From contig CAZVAZ010000001.1 of NCBI GenBank assembly GCA_964625235.1, positions 857-64,856 on the forward strand: a DNA stretch of 64,000 nt, read 5' to 3'. Origin of the DNA: an uncultured Hyphomicrobiales bacterium (lineage in GTDB: Bacteria > Pseudomonadota > Alphaproteobacteria > Rhizobiales > JAJFHR01). Made by a program: the position numbers and the translations under genes. This document shows positions 41,626-51,897 of the stretch, piece by piece. The stretch's first letter is position 1. Every line of letters begins with the position of its first letter. Below the pieces are notes generated by a model that was not told the origin of the DNA, did not search any database, and saw only the letters and a program-made list of their open reading frames with translations.

Positions 41626-42528
41626 CTAACGCTGCATGCCCCACCGGTTAACGGTGCGACGCTCAATATTCCTGAACACTATATTTTCTACGAAAAATCC
41701 AATCAGAATGACCATAAACAGACCGGCAAAAACGCCGTCTGTATCGATGTTCTGGCTCGATTCGAAAATGTACCAGCCAAGGCCGCCGCTGCCTGATGAT
41801 GCACCAAACACCAACTCGGCACCAATCAGCGTTCGCCAGGCAAACGCCCAGCCAATTTTCATGCCGGCAAGGATTGAGGGTAAGGCTGCGGGAACGAGAA
41901 TTTTCCAGACATAGCCGAAACCTTTCAAGCCATAATTTCGCCCGATCATCCGCAAAGTCTGGCTTACACCTTCAAAGCCGCTGTGGGTGCTGAGGGCCAC
42001 CGCCCACAAAACCGAGTGGATGAGAACGAACACCAGGCTTGCTGTGCCAAGGCCAAACCACAGCATGGCCAAGGGCAAAAGAGCAATGGCGGGTAACGGA
42101 TTGAACATGGCGGTTGACATGGAAATAAAGTCACTGCCAAACCGTGAAACAGTCGCCCACAGGATCAGGATAGCGGCCAGGAACAATCCGGCAGTGTAGC
42201 CGATGAGCAATACTTTTATCGAAAACCAGACCTTCCAAATGAGATCGCTGTAGAACAGATCCCTGATCAGCGTCGAAAAAGACACCCAGAAACTCGGCAG
42301 CATTAAAGGTTCGACATCCAATCCAACCGTATAGACCTGCCAGGCAACGACCAGACTGAGCAGAATGGTGAACTTGCGAACGCCGTCGATATTCCAGATG
42401 CGCTCAAGCGTTGACAGTTTGCGCGCAACTTCAGTCGTTTGCGCCTGTTCAATACCTGAAACTTCAAATTCCGGACGGAAGACCAGTTGCGGAATTGAGT
42501 TTTTTTCATTTTTTACCGGAGTGTTCAT
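41626..42528 (-). CDS. ABC transporter permease, SsuC/TauC family (second of two)
   Basis: MFNPLPAIALLPLAMLWFGLG core. ATG 42528 overlaps the upstream stop (ATGA). Confidence 0.85.
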   Translation of the reverse strand: MNTPVKNEKNSIPQLVFRPEFEVSGIEQAQTTEVARKLSTLERIWNIDGVRKFTILLSLVVAWQVYTVGLDVEPLMLPSFWVSFSTLIRDLFYSDLIWKVWFSIKVLLIGYTAGLFLAAILILWATVSRFGSDFISMSTAMFNPLPAIALLPLAMLWFGLGTASLVFVLIHSVLWAVALSTHSGFEGVSQTLRMIGRNYGLKGFGYVWKILVPAALPSILAGMKIGWAFAWRTLIGAELVFGASSGSGGLGWYIFESSQNIDTDGVFAGLFMVILIGFFVENIVFRNIERRTVNRWGMQR

Positions 42529-43424
42529 CGTGCCTGCATCCCCCATTTGCGGATCGTAAGGCTCTCGATTTTGTTAAAGACGACGGTTTCAACCACAACG
42601 CCTACTAAAATGACCATGAACAATCCGGCAAATACATAAGCGATGCGCAAATCCATCTGGCTGGCGAAAATGAACCAGCCAAGACCACCGGACGCTCCTT
42701 CGCTGGTATCCGAGATGGAGCCGCCGAACACCAGTTCGGCTGCAATCAGCGTGCGCCACGCATAGGACCAGCCGATTTTAAGACCCATCAGTATTTGCGG
42801 GAAAGCGGCAGGGATAAGAAGCTTGACGACGTAAACAATACCGCGCAGGCCGTAATTGCGCCCGACCATGCGCTGGGTTTCGCTGACGCTCATAAAACCC
42901 ACATGTGCATTAAGGGCAACCGGCCAGATAACCGAATGCAACAGCGTGAAAATAATAGCATCGGCACCGAGCCCGAACCACAACAGAGCCAGCGGCAAAA
43001 GAGCAATCGCGGGCAACGGATTGAGCATTGCTGTTAGCGTCGAGAGAATATCACTGCCAAAACGCGTTGTCGCCGCGGCTGTGGTCAGCAAAGTTGCAAT
43101 CACGATACCGATTACATAGCCGGTTATCAGTACGGTGATTGAATTCCACACCATATAAAGAAGTTGTTCGCTGAACACGGCATCGGCCAGTGCTAATGCG
43201 GTCGCCGAGAATTTCGGCATGATCAACTCGGAAACACCGCTAAATTGCGAATAAACTTCCCATACGATGATCAGCATCACCAGGATGGAAAGCTTGCGCA
43301 CGGAATTCATGTCCGATATGCGCTCCATCAGCGTCAGTTTGCGCGCAACATCCGCCTTACTGGCTTTGCCAAGGTCGCTGGCCTCAAATTCCGGGCGGAC
43401 AAGAACGTCGGGAATTTTACTCAT
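42525..43424 (-). CDS. ABC transporter permease, SsuC/TauC family (first of two)
   Basis: MLNPLPAIALLPLALLWFGLG core, paralogous to the downstream permease. TGATG overlap with the ATPase stop. Confidence 0.85.
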   Translation of the reverse strand: MSKIPDVLVRPEFEASDLGKASKADVARKLTLMERISDMNSVRKLSILVMLIIVWEVYSQFSGVSELIMPKFSATALALADAVFSEQLLYMVWNSITVLITGYVIGIVIATLLTTAAATTRFGSDILSTLTAMLNPLPAIALLPLALLWFGLGADAIIFTLLHSVIWPVALNAHVGFMSVSETQRMVGRNYGLRGIVYVVKLLIPAAFPQILMGLKIGWSYAWRTLIAAELVFGGSISDTSEGASGGLGWFIFASQMDLRIAYVFAGLFMVILVGVVVETVVFNKIESLTIRKWGMQAR

Positions 43425-44272
43425 CAGCTCTTGTCTCCGGCCTGAATTTCATCTTCCAGGATTCTGTCCGCGAATAACATGTCGTGGATGCGCTGCTGCA
43501 CCCTGGTAAACTCTTTGGTGCCGACATTTTCGTGGTTGAGATCAAAGGCGTTGAGTTCGGCCTTGACCTGACCGGGATGGGGGGAGAGTACCAAAATTCT
43601 GCTGCCGACAATAAGCGCTTCTTCAATGGAGTGGGTTACGAACAGCACCGTAAAGTGGGTGTCCTCCCACAATTGCAGCAGCTCTTTTTGCATTTGCAGA
43701 CGCGTAAGCGCATCAAGTGCTGCGAATGGTTCATCCATCAACAACACGTCCGGCTCCATCGCCATACCGCGCGCTATCGCGACGCGCTGTTTCATACCGC
43801 CTGACAGCATATGCGGATATGTGTCTTCAAAACCACTCAGCTTGACCTTCTGGATATACTCCATGGCGATATCGTTGGCCTCAGCCGCACTGCTGGATTT
43901 ACCACCATTTTGAAGCGCGAAAGTGATGTTTTGCTTGACTGTCTTCCACGGCAGCAACTGGTCGAATTCCTGAAACACCATGACCCGGTCGGGTCCGGGG
44001 TCGGAAATTTCCTTACCCTTGAGACGAATGGCACCTTCCACCGGCTTCATGTAACCGGCAATGCCCTTCAGCAGGGTTGACTTGCCACAGCCTGAGGGGC
44101 CGAGAAGTACGAACCTGTCAGCCGGATAGACATCGAACCCGACGCGATATGTCGCGGTGATCAGATGCTCTTTGGTCTTGTACTGAAGCGTGACCCCGTC
44201 AACCTCAAGAATCGGTTTGGCGTCAGCTGCAGCGGGCGTGGAGCCCGCTGCAGTTGTATTTTTCGTATTCAT
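43424..44272 (-). CDS. ABC transporter ATP-binding protein, SsuB/TauB family
   Basis: Walker A GPSGCGKSTLLK, signature LSGGMKQRVAIARG and Walker B LLMDEP. Confidence 0.9.
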   Translation of the reverse strand: MNTKNTTAAGSTPAAADAKPILEVDGVTLQYKTKEHLITATYRVGFDVYPADRFVLLGPSGCGKSTLLKGIAGYMKPVEGAIRLKGKEISDPGPDRVMVFQEFDQLLPWKTVKQNITFALQNGGKSSSAAEANDIAMEYIQKVKLSGFEDTYPHMLSGGMKQRVAIARGMAMEPDVLLMDEPFAALDALTRLQMQKELLQLWEDTHFTVLFVTHSIEEALIVGSRILVLSPHPGQVKAELNAFDLNHENVGTKEFTRVQQRIHDMLFADRILEDEIQAGDKS

Positions 44273-44275
44273 AGA

Positions 44276-45322
44276 TCAACTACCGTCCTGATCGTAGTTA
44301 TTTTCCCAGTAGTAGTCTTTCCAGCTCGTTGGCATATTCTTGATGGAGCCGATGGAATTCATGAATTTCGCAAATTCCATGGTCCGCTCCGGTTTGTACG
44401 AATACAGCATCTCGTTGGGATCGCCGATCATCTTTTCCACATCGGCAAGTGCCAGCTTGGATTTGGTGAAGCGAACATACAGTGCTGCTGCATCTTTCTT
44501 GTTGCCGTTGATCCAGTCAATCGCCGTGCGATATGAACTGGCAACGCAGTCATAAAGCTTGGGATTGGATTTTTTCCACTTCTCCTTATTATACATGGCA
44601 ACGGTGGAATGGCGTCCGCCGAGCACATCATAAGAAGTGAGAACTGTGCGTATTTTGTCACTTTTCAGTTCCATAAAAGAAGTCGGCAGAGTGGCAAAAT
44701 GGCTCTTCACCGCCTGACCACCGGCCATAAGGGCTGCCATTGCTGAGGGATGTTTCATCGAAACCGTCATCGAATCAAGTTTGAATGCCTGATCTGCGCC
44801 CCATTTTTTCTTTGCGGCCATTTGCAGAACCACCGCCTGTATTGATACCTTGACCGAAGGTGTTGCGATTTTGTGATCTTCCAGTCCGACAAAGTCCTCA
44901 ATCTTGGTGACCCGCGGATCGTTGGTATTCAACTTGAGCGGCATGGCTGAAAGCGTCATCATGGCGCGAACATTAAGGCGACCTTTGGTTTTGTCCCAGA
45001 GCTTCAGAAGCGGGCCCATACCCCCGGCTGCAAAATCCACATTGTCAGACAACAGAGCCTGGTTGACAGCGGCACCGCCACTGAAGCGATGCATGGTGAC
45101 CTTGATGTCGCCAAGGCCGGCTTTGGACGCACAGCCCTGCACCAGCTTTTTGTCAACGACCACATGCATGGGGAGATAAAGCAGCCCGAATTGCTGGGCA
45201 AATCTCACCTGGTTGGCTTCCTGTGCAAAAGCGGTTACCGGTATAGAAGTCCCGGCGATCGCAAGGATTGCCACACTGGCGGCAATTCTGCGAATTGGAT
45301 GTTTTTTAAAAGTTTTCGTCAC
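44276..45322 (-). CDS. ABC transporter substrate-binding protein, NMT1/SsuA-like
   Basis: Signal peptide ending AFAQE. 348 aa periplasmic protein leading a sulfonate/nitrate-type ABC operon. GTG start 8 nt after GGAGG. Confidence 0.75.
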   Translation of the reverse strand: MTKTFKKHPIRRIAASVAILAIAGTSIPVTAFAQEANQVRFAQQFGLLYLPMHVVVDKKLVQGCASKAGLGDIKVTMHRFSGGAAVNQALLSDNVDFAAGGMGPLLKLWDKTKGRLNVRAMMTLSAMPLKLNTNDPRVTKIEDFVGLEDHKIATPSVKVSIQAVVLQMAAKKKWGADQAFKLDSMTVSMKHPSAMAALMAGGQAVKSHFATLPTSFMELKSDKIRTVLTSYDVLGGRHSTVAMYNKEKWKKSNPKLYDCVASSYRTAIDWINGNKKDAAALYVRFTKSKLALADVEKMIGDPNEMLYSYKPERTMEFAKFMNSIGSIKNMPTSWKDYYWENNYDQDGS

Positions 45323-45433
45323 TTGGTATTCCTCCCTTTTTTATGCTGCTCGATGAATGGCCCGATATTATTGTATGGACCGGTTTTTAAACTCTCGTCA
45401 CTTGTTTGATCGCGTCGGGGATTTTCCTCCACC

Positions 45434-46258
45434 TCACTCCGCCGCCACTGCCAGACAATCCGGCCCCACGACACTGAGACCAACGCGCAAGGCTTCGGTT
45501 TCAAAAACATCATGAGGCATTACATTGGCCAGATTGACATCCGGGCCAAATTCCGAAATCAGAAATTTCTTAAGATCATAAACGTCGCAATTATGCGTGC
45601 CGGGTACCCACGGTCCGATCAACTCGAAAATCACCCGGCTCACATCAAGGCCGTCGCGAAGCTCGCTCAGTAACGCCCGGTTGGGCTCACCATTGATGAG
45701 AAGCTCTGCACCCTCCACCAGAACGACGTCCGCTCCGGCATCAAAACATTCCTCCGCCTGTGCAATAAGTGTTGCTGCACCGGTGTCTTCGCTTTTCGAG
45801 CCGACTTCACCATGGACCTCCAGGCCGCAGTCTACGGCAGTACGTATCAGGGTCCGGCGCGCCTGACTGTCCAGCGGCACGCAATTGTCCGACACTTCAA
45901 TTGCTTCGAAACCAAGTCGTTTAGCTTCTTCAAAATACGGTTTCGCGCTTGCCAGGCCTTGCGTTGCATATATATATTCGAGGAACTGGCCGCCGATAAA
46001 CGGATGCACATTATGGTTTTTATACAGCGCTATCTTTTGCAGCAGATAGTCTTCTTCATAAAGCCGGGCAGTGCCGGCAACGAACTTGGCCAGATCGATA
46101 AATGGCGCATTGAGATCGAGCCATTCCCGCTGTGCGCCCAGCGGCAGGCCCCAGTCCATCATCATCGTCACCCCGCTTTTGCGCGGCTTGTCCATGGAGC
46201 GATCAACTGAACGCGGAACAAGGGAGAAAGGCTCCGAATGTGACACAGGACCTGTCAT
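45434..46258 (-). CDS. Phosphosulfolactate synthase (ComA) family protein
   Basis: DKPRKSGVTMMMDWGLPLG...FIDLAKFVAGTARLY...HPFIGGQFLEY...AKRLGFEAIEVSDNCVPL...GLEVHGEVGSK follows the ComA/YitD family pattern. ATGA overlap with the upstream GntR gene. Confidence 0.75.
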   Translation of the reverse strand: MTGPVSHSEPFSLVPRSVDRSMDKPRKSGVTMMMDWGLPLGAQREWLDLNAPFIDLAKFVAGTARLYEEDYLLQKIALYKNHNVHPFIGGQFLEYIYATQGLASAKPYFEEAKRLGFEAIEVSDNCVPLDSQARRTLIRTAVDCGLEVHGEVGSKSEDTGAATLIAQAEECFDAGADVVLVEGAELLINGEPNRALLSELRDGLDVSRVIFELIGPWVPGTHNCDVYDLKKFLISEFGPDVNLANVMPHDVFETEALRVGLSVVGPDCLAVAAE

Positions 46259-47148
46259 TCCAACCTCTCCGAAAGCTCAAGAGGCAGGTGGCCGGGGGGA
46301 AGAAAAACCTGCTGGTAGGTTGCGGGCGCATCCCGGTAGGAGCGGCCAAGGATTTGCCAGAATGTGCCGAAGCTGCCCTCGGCAAGCCCCAGTTTTTTGC
46401 AAACATCAGGAGCGAATTGTTCGCACTGCACCAGATGCTCGAAACGAAAGGTGGGCATGTTGAAGGTCTTGTTGAGGTACTCGCGCAAGGTCAGCCCGCT
46501 CAATTCCTCAGGAGTTCGCTCAAGCAAGGATCCGCATCGTTCGAACGGCAGATAGAACCGGGTAAATCCTTTAAAGCGATCAGCAACATTCATGATGCGC
46601 TCTATTCGAACCAGCGATTTTCCAGTAGTCAGAAATTCCGCCCAGGGAAATTTGAGTCCCTCCGCCACGGGGTCAATTTTCGCAATGGACTCAACGTGCA
46701 GATATATGGGCAGAAGTGGTTGACTATTGTCTGACCTGAAACGGAAATGGAGCAGTTCGACCTTTGCGACCTTTTTTTCATCTGAGAGATCGGCTTGCGA
46801 GGCAGCACCGGAAACGAACGTGCCCATCCCAGCGCGCCGGAAGACAACGCCCTGTTCCACAAGAGCGTTCATTGCCTTTTGAATTGTACCCAGGCTGATG
46901 GGCAGGGTATCCATCAGGTCTCTTTCACCCGGCATCTTTGAACCTGGTCTGTATTCGCCGGATTCAATCGCGTCCAGCATGGCATTGGACAATCGGAGAT
47001 ATTTCGGAACCCTCTCCATGCCAAAGGCCGACGATTGCGAAAATCGCTGTGCAATGGAAGATGTGTTGTGAGTTTGGCTCACGTTCGCATGTCCCCCCAA
47101 TCCCGTTGACACCGGCTCATTAAGGCCATGAACGGGACCTACATCCAT
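46255..47148 (-). CDS. GntR-family transcriptional regulator (HutC/UTRA-like effector domain likely)
   Basis: wHTH YLRLSNAMLDAIESGEYRPGSKMPGERDLMDTLPISLGTIQKAMNALVEQGVVFRRAGMGTFV. The start may be ATG 47019 rather than 47148. Confidence 0.8.
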   Translation of the reverse strand: MDVGPVHGLNEPVSTGLGGHANVSQTHNTSSIAQRFSQSSAFGMERVPKYLRLSNAMLDAIESGEYRPGSKMPGERDLMDTLPISLGTIQKAMNALVEQGVVFRRAGMGTFVSGAASQADLSDEKKVAKVELLHFRFRSDNSQPLLPIYLHVESIAKIDPVAEGLKFPWAEFLTTGKSLVRIERIMNVADRFKGFTRFYLPFERCGSLLERTPEELSGLTLREYLNKTFNMPTFRFEHLVQCEQFAPDVCKKLGLAEGSFGTFWQILGRSYRDAPATYQQVFLPPGHLPLELSERLE

Positions 47149-47169
47149 AAACTATATAGCTTTATAGCT

Positions 47170-47625
47170 TTATGAGGTGGCGCTGTCAATGTCATCTTGC
47201 GTCCTCCTGATGATTGTCAGTCTGCCCGTGGCCGGATTAACCTCGACAATGTCGCCGGTTTCAACGAAGCCGGTTACATCCTGCTCGAAACGGTCCAGCA
47301 ACGGCAAATCCGCGTAAGCTGCGCCTTGCGCCATGATCGGATTGGCAAAATTGAGCACCAGTGCCTTCGGCCCCATGTTGCGCGACACCATTTCCCTGAG
47401 CATCCAGGCAGAGGCGACACCGCCCTTGGCGGCATTGAGAATGAGGATCCTATCCACATAGCTCTGGCCAAACAGCCTGTGCTGCGGCCGCGAAAACACT
47501 CCCTTCAACCGGTCCAGATCATAACGCGCACTAAAGTTATCCAGCGCTACCAGAGCCTCGCCCTGGACCGTCTGCCCAATCCCGGTATGGCCTTTGAGAA
47601 TTCTGACTTCTGCTGTCGTGGTCAT
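47170..47625 (-). CDS. Aconitase X small (swivel, DUF126) subunit
   Basis: VQGEALVALDNFSARYDLD...GQSYVDRILILNAAKGGVASAWMLREM pattern. 4-nt overlap with the DUF521 gene upstream. Confidence 0.75.
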   Translation of the reverse strand: MTTTAEVRILKGHTGIGQTVQGEALVALDNFSARYDLDRLKGVFSRPQHRLFGQSYVDRILILNAAKGGVASAWMLREMVSRNMGPKALVLNFANPIMAQGAAYADLPLLDRFEQDVTGFVETGDIVEVNPATGRLTIIRRTQDDIDSATS

Positions 47626-48875
47626 CGCACCAGCCTTCCCTTGATGGCTGATTCCACGCAGCTCTCCAGCGATGCCAGCACCGGCTCATAGCCATAACCG
47701 CCAATGATATTGACCAGCTTGGCAGAATTGGTCAGCAGCCGCTTCCATCCGTTCGCTTCGCCGATTTCGCGGGCGCACATCTGATAAAAACAAACGCCCT
47801 GAAGCAGCATGGCACCTGAGCCCTCGATCTTTGCCGTTATTCCCATGCGGTCGGCGGCTGATTTCACTTCCGGCGACACTGTGGCGATAACAGCAACCTT
47901 TTCATTGATGTGGCGGCCATCAAGCAAATCTGCAAGCGCACTAATTTCAATCAGTGACAGTTGCGGAGCAGCGAAAACCACCACATCCACAACGTCGTCG
48001 GCGGGCCAGTAAGCCTCGATAAAGGCATCGATATCGCCTTTGCTGACCGGCGTCATTGTTTGCGGCTGGTCAACCATCGCCACGCGTCCATCGGCAGCTT
48101 CCGGCGTAACACCGGGCATATGAAACAGCGGCGTTGAACCGTAGCTCGCCAGGGCAGCGCCAAAATGCTTGAGTTCGTCCGAATTAGGTCTTTGATCGAG
48201 CGAGGCAAGTTCAATCACCGGCACATCCCAGTAAGAATCCATCTGCCGCCCGATGATACCGCCAAGTGCGCCCCATTGGGCAAAGTCATCGGGACGATCA
48301 CTCACCTTGAATATCTTACTCCCCCGGCGGCATTCGTCGAGATGAAAACCATACCGCGGTGCCCGCCCGGTCAGTGCCGAAGCAAGTGCGGAAGGCCCGC
48401 CCTGAAAATTGGTGCGCGCGCCCTGCACAGAATTAGCATAGATTGTCGAGCCGGTATCACCAAAGGCCAGATGTTCGCCCAGCACCGGCGGCATGATGGT
48501 CTGGTAGTTGATGCAGGTATCTGTCATCATCACACCGAGGGCACGAAAGGCATCAATGGCGCGTTGCTCCAGATCGGCCTGGGCATCACTTTGACCAAGG
48601 GCTTTATAATGCTCGAAATCGATCCCGCGCGGGTCAGTTACCGTCGGTACCTTGACGTGGCGAAGTTCCTCAGGGTACCCCGCCAGCTTTTCAAGGAATA
48701 AAACACCATCCTCACCCAGCGATTCGGTGTCGGCCATCAGATGCACCTGGGCAATCTCGACACAATCTTCGGCATCGAAAAAATTTCCGACCGTGACGAT
48801 CTGCTCCATACCGAACTGGCGCGGCCAGCCGTGTTTGCCTTCGAGCATGTCCTGCTCATATTCACTCAATCGCAT
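47622..48875 (-). CDS. Aconitase X catalytic (DUF521) large subunit
   Basis: MRLSEYEQDMLEGKHG N-terminus and the AFGDTGSTIYANSVQGARTN region are typical of DUF521. ATG 48875 follows GGAGGG; the track start is 48911. Confidence 0.75.
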   Translation of the reverse strand: MRLSEYEQDMLEGKHGWPRQFGMEQIVTVGNFFDAEDCVEIAQVHLMADTESLGEDGVLFLEKLAGYPEELRHVKVPTVTDPRGIDFEHYKALGQSDAQADLEQRAIDAFRALGVMMTDTCINYQTIMPPVLGEHLAFGDTGSTIYANSVQGARTNFQGGPSALASALTGRAPRYGFHLDECRRGSKIFKVSDRPDDFAQWGALGGIIGRQMDSYWDVPVIELASLDQRPNSDELKHFGAALASYGSTPLFHMPGVTPEAADGRVAMVDQPQTMTPVSKGDIDAFIEAYWPADDVVDVVVFAAPQLSLIEISALADLLDGRHINEKVAVIATVSPEVKSAADRMGITAKIEGSGAMLLQGVCFYQMCAREIGEANGWKRLLTNSAKLVNIIGGYGYEPVLASLESCVESAIKGRLVR

Positions 48876-48914
48876 TGACCCTCCAAACCCTCCTGTACCT
48901 GTTGGTTGCATTGC

Positions 48915-50291
48915 TTACGAAACCCCGGCTTCCTCAAGCCGGTAACTTGCCTCTTCAACATAGCGCGTGGTCGCCAGTTCCTCGCAAAAAACAGGATCGC
49001 GCAGAACCTGATCGAGAAACGCCAGATTTGTCGAAACACCTTCGATTTTAATTTCGCCCAGCGCCTGCAACATCTGTGCAATGGCCTCACCACGGGTTTT
49101 TCCCCGCGTAATGACCTTGGCGATCATCGGATCATAGTAGGGCGTGATACGATCACCTTGCCGCAGGCCGGTATCAATACGCAGCACGTCGCTTTCCTCG
49201 GGAAAGTCAAAGCATGTCAATTCTCCCGGCGAGGGCAGAAAATTTTTCTCCGGGCGCTCGGCATATATGCGGCATTCGATGGCATGGCCATCGGCTGAAA
49301 TCGCACTCTGCTCAGGCAGTATGAATTCTCCCGCCGCCAGTTCAATCTGGGCCGCCACCAGATCGGCCCCGGTAATCATCTCGGTTACGGCATGCTCAAC
49401 CTGTATGCGGGTGTTCATTTCCAGGAAATAGAAGACCTGTGCTTCGCGGTCATAGATGAATTCGACCGTCCCGGCACCGCGATAATTGACATGTTTGACC
49501 AGCGCCAGTGCGGCAGCGCTTAAGGCGGTGCGTATGTCATCAGACAGGCCCGGTGCCGGGGCTTCTTCGATGATCTTTTGAAAACGCCGCTGCACCGAAC
49601 AATCCCGGTCGAGAAAATGCACACCCCTGCCATCGCCCATGCCAAAGACCTGAACCTCGATATGGCGGGCACGTGGGATAAAGCGTTCCAGATAGACCGT
49701 ACCATCGCCGAAACTGCGTTCGGCCAGGCTCTGTGTGGTCTCAACCTGGGCCTGCAAATCCTGGGGGTCGGTGACGAGGCGCATGCCGATACCGCCGCCG
49801 CCTGCCGCCGCTTTAACCAGAAGCGGATAGCCAACTTCTTTGCCCGCCGCCGCCAACCCGGTTGTATCGCCGGGCGAAAACCGTGCACTCCCCGGCACCA
49901 CGGGAATACCGGCGGCACGGGCTATTTCCCGGGCGCGCTCCTTGTCCCCCATGGCCTCAATGGTTTCAGGCCGCGGCCCGATCCAGATGCAGTCCATACG
50001 CTCCACTGCTTCGGCAAAGCGAGCGTTTTCGGCTAAAAATCCGTACCCCGGGTGCACGGCGTCCGCGCCCGATACACGTAGCGCCATAAGCAAAGCATCC
50101 TGGTTGAGATAACTCTTGGCCACTGGTGCGGGGCCGATCTCAAGACTATGGCTGGCCTCAGCCACATGCAGTGCGTCTGCATCAGCTTGTGAATAGACCG
50201 CCACCGTTTTGATGTTCATCGCACGGCAGCTGCGAATGATCCGGCAGGCGATTTCGCCGCGATTGGCGATAAAAACTTTGGCGATGCTCAT
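48915..50291 (-). CDS. Biotin carboxylase subunit (ATP-grasp) of a biotin-dependent carboxylase
   Basis: KVFIANRGEIACRIIRSCRAMNIKTVAVYS, GYPLLVKAAAGGGGIGMR, EMNTRIQVEH. Confidence 0.9.
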   Translation of the reverse strand: MSIAKVFIANRGEIACRIIRSCRAMNIKTVAVYSQADADALHVAEASHSLEIGPAPVAKSYLNQDALLMALRVSGADAVHPGYGFLAENARFAEAVERMDCIWIGPRPETIEAMGDKERAREIARAAGIPVVPGSARFSPGDTTGLAAAGKEVGYPLLVKAAAGGGGIGMRLVTDPQDLQAQVETTQSLAERSFGDGTVYLERFIPRARHIEVQVFGMGDGRGVHFLDRDCSVQRRFQKIIEEAPAPGLSDDIRTALSAAALALVKHVNYRGAGTVEFIYDREAQVFYFLEMNTRIQVEHAVTEMITGADLVAAQIELAAGEFILPEQSAISADGHAIECRIYAERPEKNFLPSPGELTCFDFPEESDVLRIDTGLRQGDRITPYYDPMIAKVITRGKTRGEAIAQMLQALGEIKIEGVSTNLAFLDQVLRDPVFCEELATTRYVEEASYRLEEAGVS

Positions 50292-50301
50292 ACCGGGTAC
50301 C

Positions 50302-51897
50302 TCATGGCGCTACACCCGCCCTGGCACGAGGCCCGAGATTGATCTTCAGGCGCTGTTGAGCCAGTGCCACATAATCGCACAAGACAGGTCTGGTTTCGCG
50401 CGGGTCTATAATCTCCTCCACGCCCAGCGCTTCAGCTGTGCGGAAGGGCGAGGTATAGGCGCGCAACTCAGCTTCCAGTTCCTTCTCGCGCGCCTTGGGG
50501 TCATCAGCTGCTGCGATTTCACGGCGAAAGGCTGCCGCCACGCCGCCTTCGACCGGCAGTGATCCCCATTCGCCACTGGGCCAGGCAAGCTTCAGATCGA
50601 TGTCGTTCTTGTTGCAGGTGGCCATACCGGCCATGCCGTAGCATTTGCGGATAACGAGCGTCAGCGTTGGCACTTTTAACTGCCCGGCGGTATAGACAAC
50701 GCGCATACCCTCGCGCAATGTGCCTTCCTGTTCCGCCTTGAGGCCGACCATAAAGCCCGGCACGTCGACAAGAAATACCAGCGGGATGTGGAAGGTATCG
50801 CACAGCTCCATAAAGTGTATCTGCTTGCGTGCGGCATCGGCATCCATGGCACCGCCATAGATCATCGGATTATTGGCAATGATACCCACAGGCCGCCCGC
50901 CAAGGCGTGCCAGCATGGTGATAACGGCGCGGCCAAAAGCAGGCCGGATTTCAAACCCGGAATTGCGGTCGATGACCAGTTCAACCAGCTTTTTCATATT
51001 GTACGGCCGGGTCCGCTGTTCGGGCACTATGCTTAAAAGTGCCTCTTCGCAGCGTTCAACGGGATCTTCTACGGGCAGAACCGGCGGCAGCTCCCAGACA
51101 TTCTGCGGCATGAAGGAGAGGAAACGTTTGATCTGGACAAAAGCATCTTCTTCGCTTGCCGCCACATTGTGTATGGAGCCGGCCTTTTTGACCGCAACAT
51201 CCGGGCCGCCCAAGTCTTCCTTGGAGATGGTCTGTCCCAAAGAGCGCTTCACCACCGGCGGTCCGGCCGCGAATATCTGGCTGGTACCTTCAACCATGAC
51301 GGAAAAATGCGACAGGATGGCGCGGCCTGCCGGACCGCCCGCTGCAGTTCCCAGAACAGCGGAGATCACCGGAACCTCACCCAGCAATCCGACCGAGCGC
51401 TCGAAGCCGTCAACACCGGGAAAGACAACAAACCCCCGTCGTTTGGCCGATGTAACCGAGCCACCGGCACCATCAATGAGATTTATCAGCGGTATCTTGT
51501 AGTGATAGGCGAGGTCCTCAATATACCCGCCTTGACCGCCCTTGCGGCGCATGGCACCAAAACTGATGCCGCCACGGACTGTAAAATCCTCACCGCCAAT
51601 AGCAACCGGGCGTCCTTCGATGCGGGCTGTTCCGGCCACATAAGTGGCGGGGGTCACTTTTTTCAGCTTTAAATTGTCATCATATTCTCCGGTTCCAGCC
51701 AGCGTGCCGATTTCGCGAAAGCTGCTTTTATCGGTGAGCTGGGCGAGGCGCTCACGCACGGTGAGGCGGCCCGCGTCATGCTGGCGTGCGATATTTTCCG
51801 CACCCCCCATCTCAGCGGCAAAGGCTCGTCTGCGGTTGAGTTCATCTATCTGTTCAGCCCAGAATCCGGCACCTTCTTCTAGCTCTCGATCAGGCAT
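50302..51897 (-). CDS. Carboxyltransferase subunit (PccB/MccB-type), paralog 2
   Basis: Crotonase-fold CT pattern: GRLTVRERL, GRPVAIGGEDFTVRGG, AGGPAGRA, GRPVGIIANNP. Confidence 0.85.
   Translation of the reverse strand: MPDRELEEGAGFWAEQIDELNRRRAFAAEMGGAENIARQHDAGRLTVRERLAQLTDKSSFREIGTLAGTGEYDDNLKLKKVTPATYVAGTARIEGRPVAIGGEDFTVRGGISFGAMRRKGGQGGYIEDLAYHYKIPLINLIDGAGGSVTSAKRRGFVVFPGVDGFERSVGLLGEVPVISAVLGTAAGGPAGRAILSHFSVMVEGTSQIFAAGPPVVKRSLGQTISKEDLGGPDVAVKKAGSIHNVAASEEDAFVQIKRFLSFMPQNVWELPPVLPVEDPVERCEEALLSIVPEQRTRPYNMKKLVELVIDRNSGFEIRPAFGRAVITMLARLGGRPVGIIANNPMIYGGAMDADAARKQIHFMELCDTFHIPLVFLVDVPGFMVGLKAEQEGTLREGMRVVYTAGQLKVPTLTLVIRKCYGMAGMATCNKNDIDLKLAWPSGEWGSLPVEGGVAAAFRREIAAADDPKAREKELEAELRAYTSPFRTAEALGVEEIIDPRETRPVLCDYVALAQQRLKINLGPRARAGVAP

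Noticed and set aside
47156-47171. Tandem 8-bp duplication ATAGCTTT ATAGCTTT between the AcnX small-subunit stop and the GntR start
   Set aside because: It has only two copies of a short AT-rich unit and partly overlaps the stop codon. It could be an operator half-site pair but is indistinguishable from chance.
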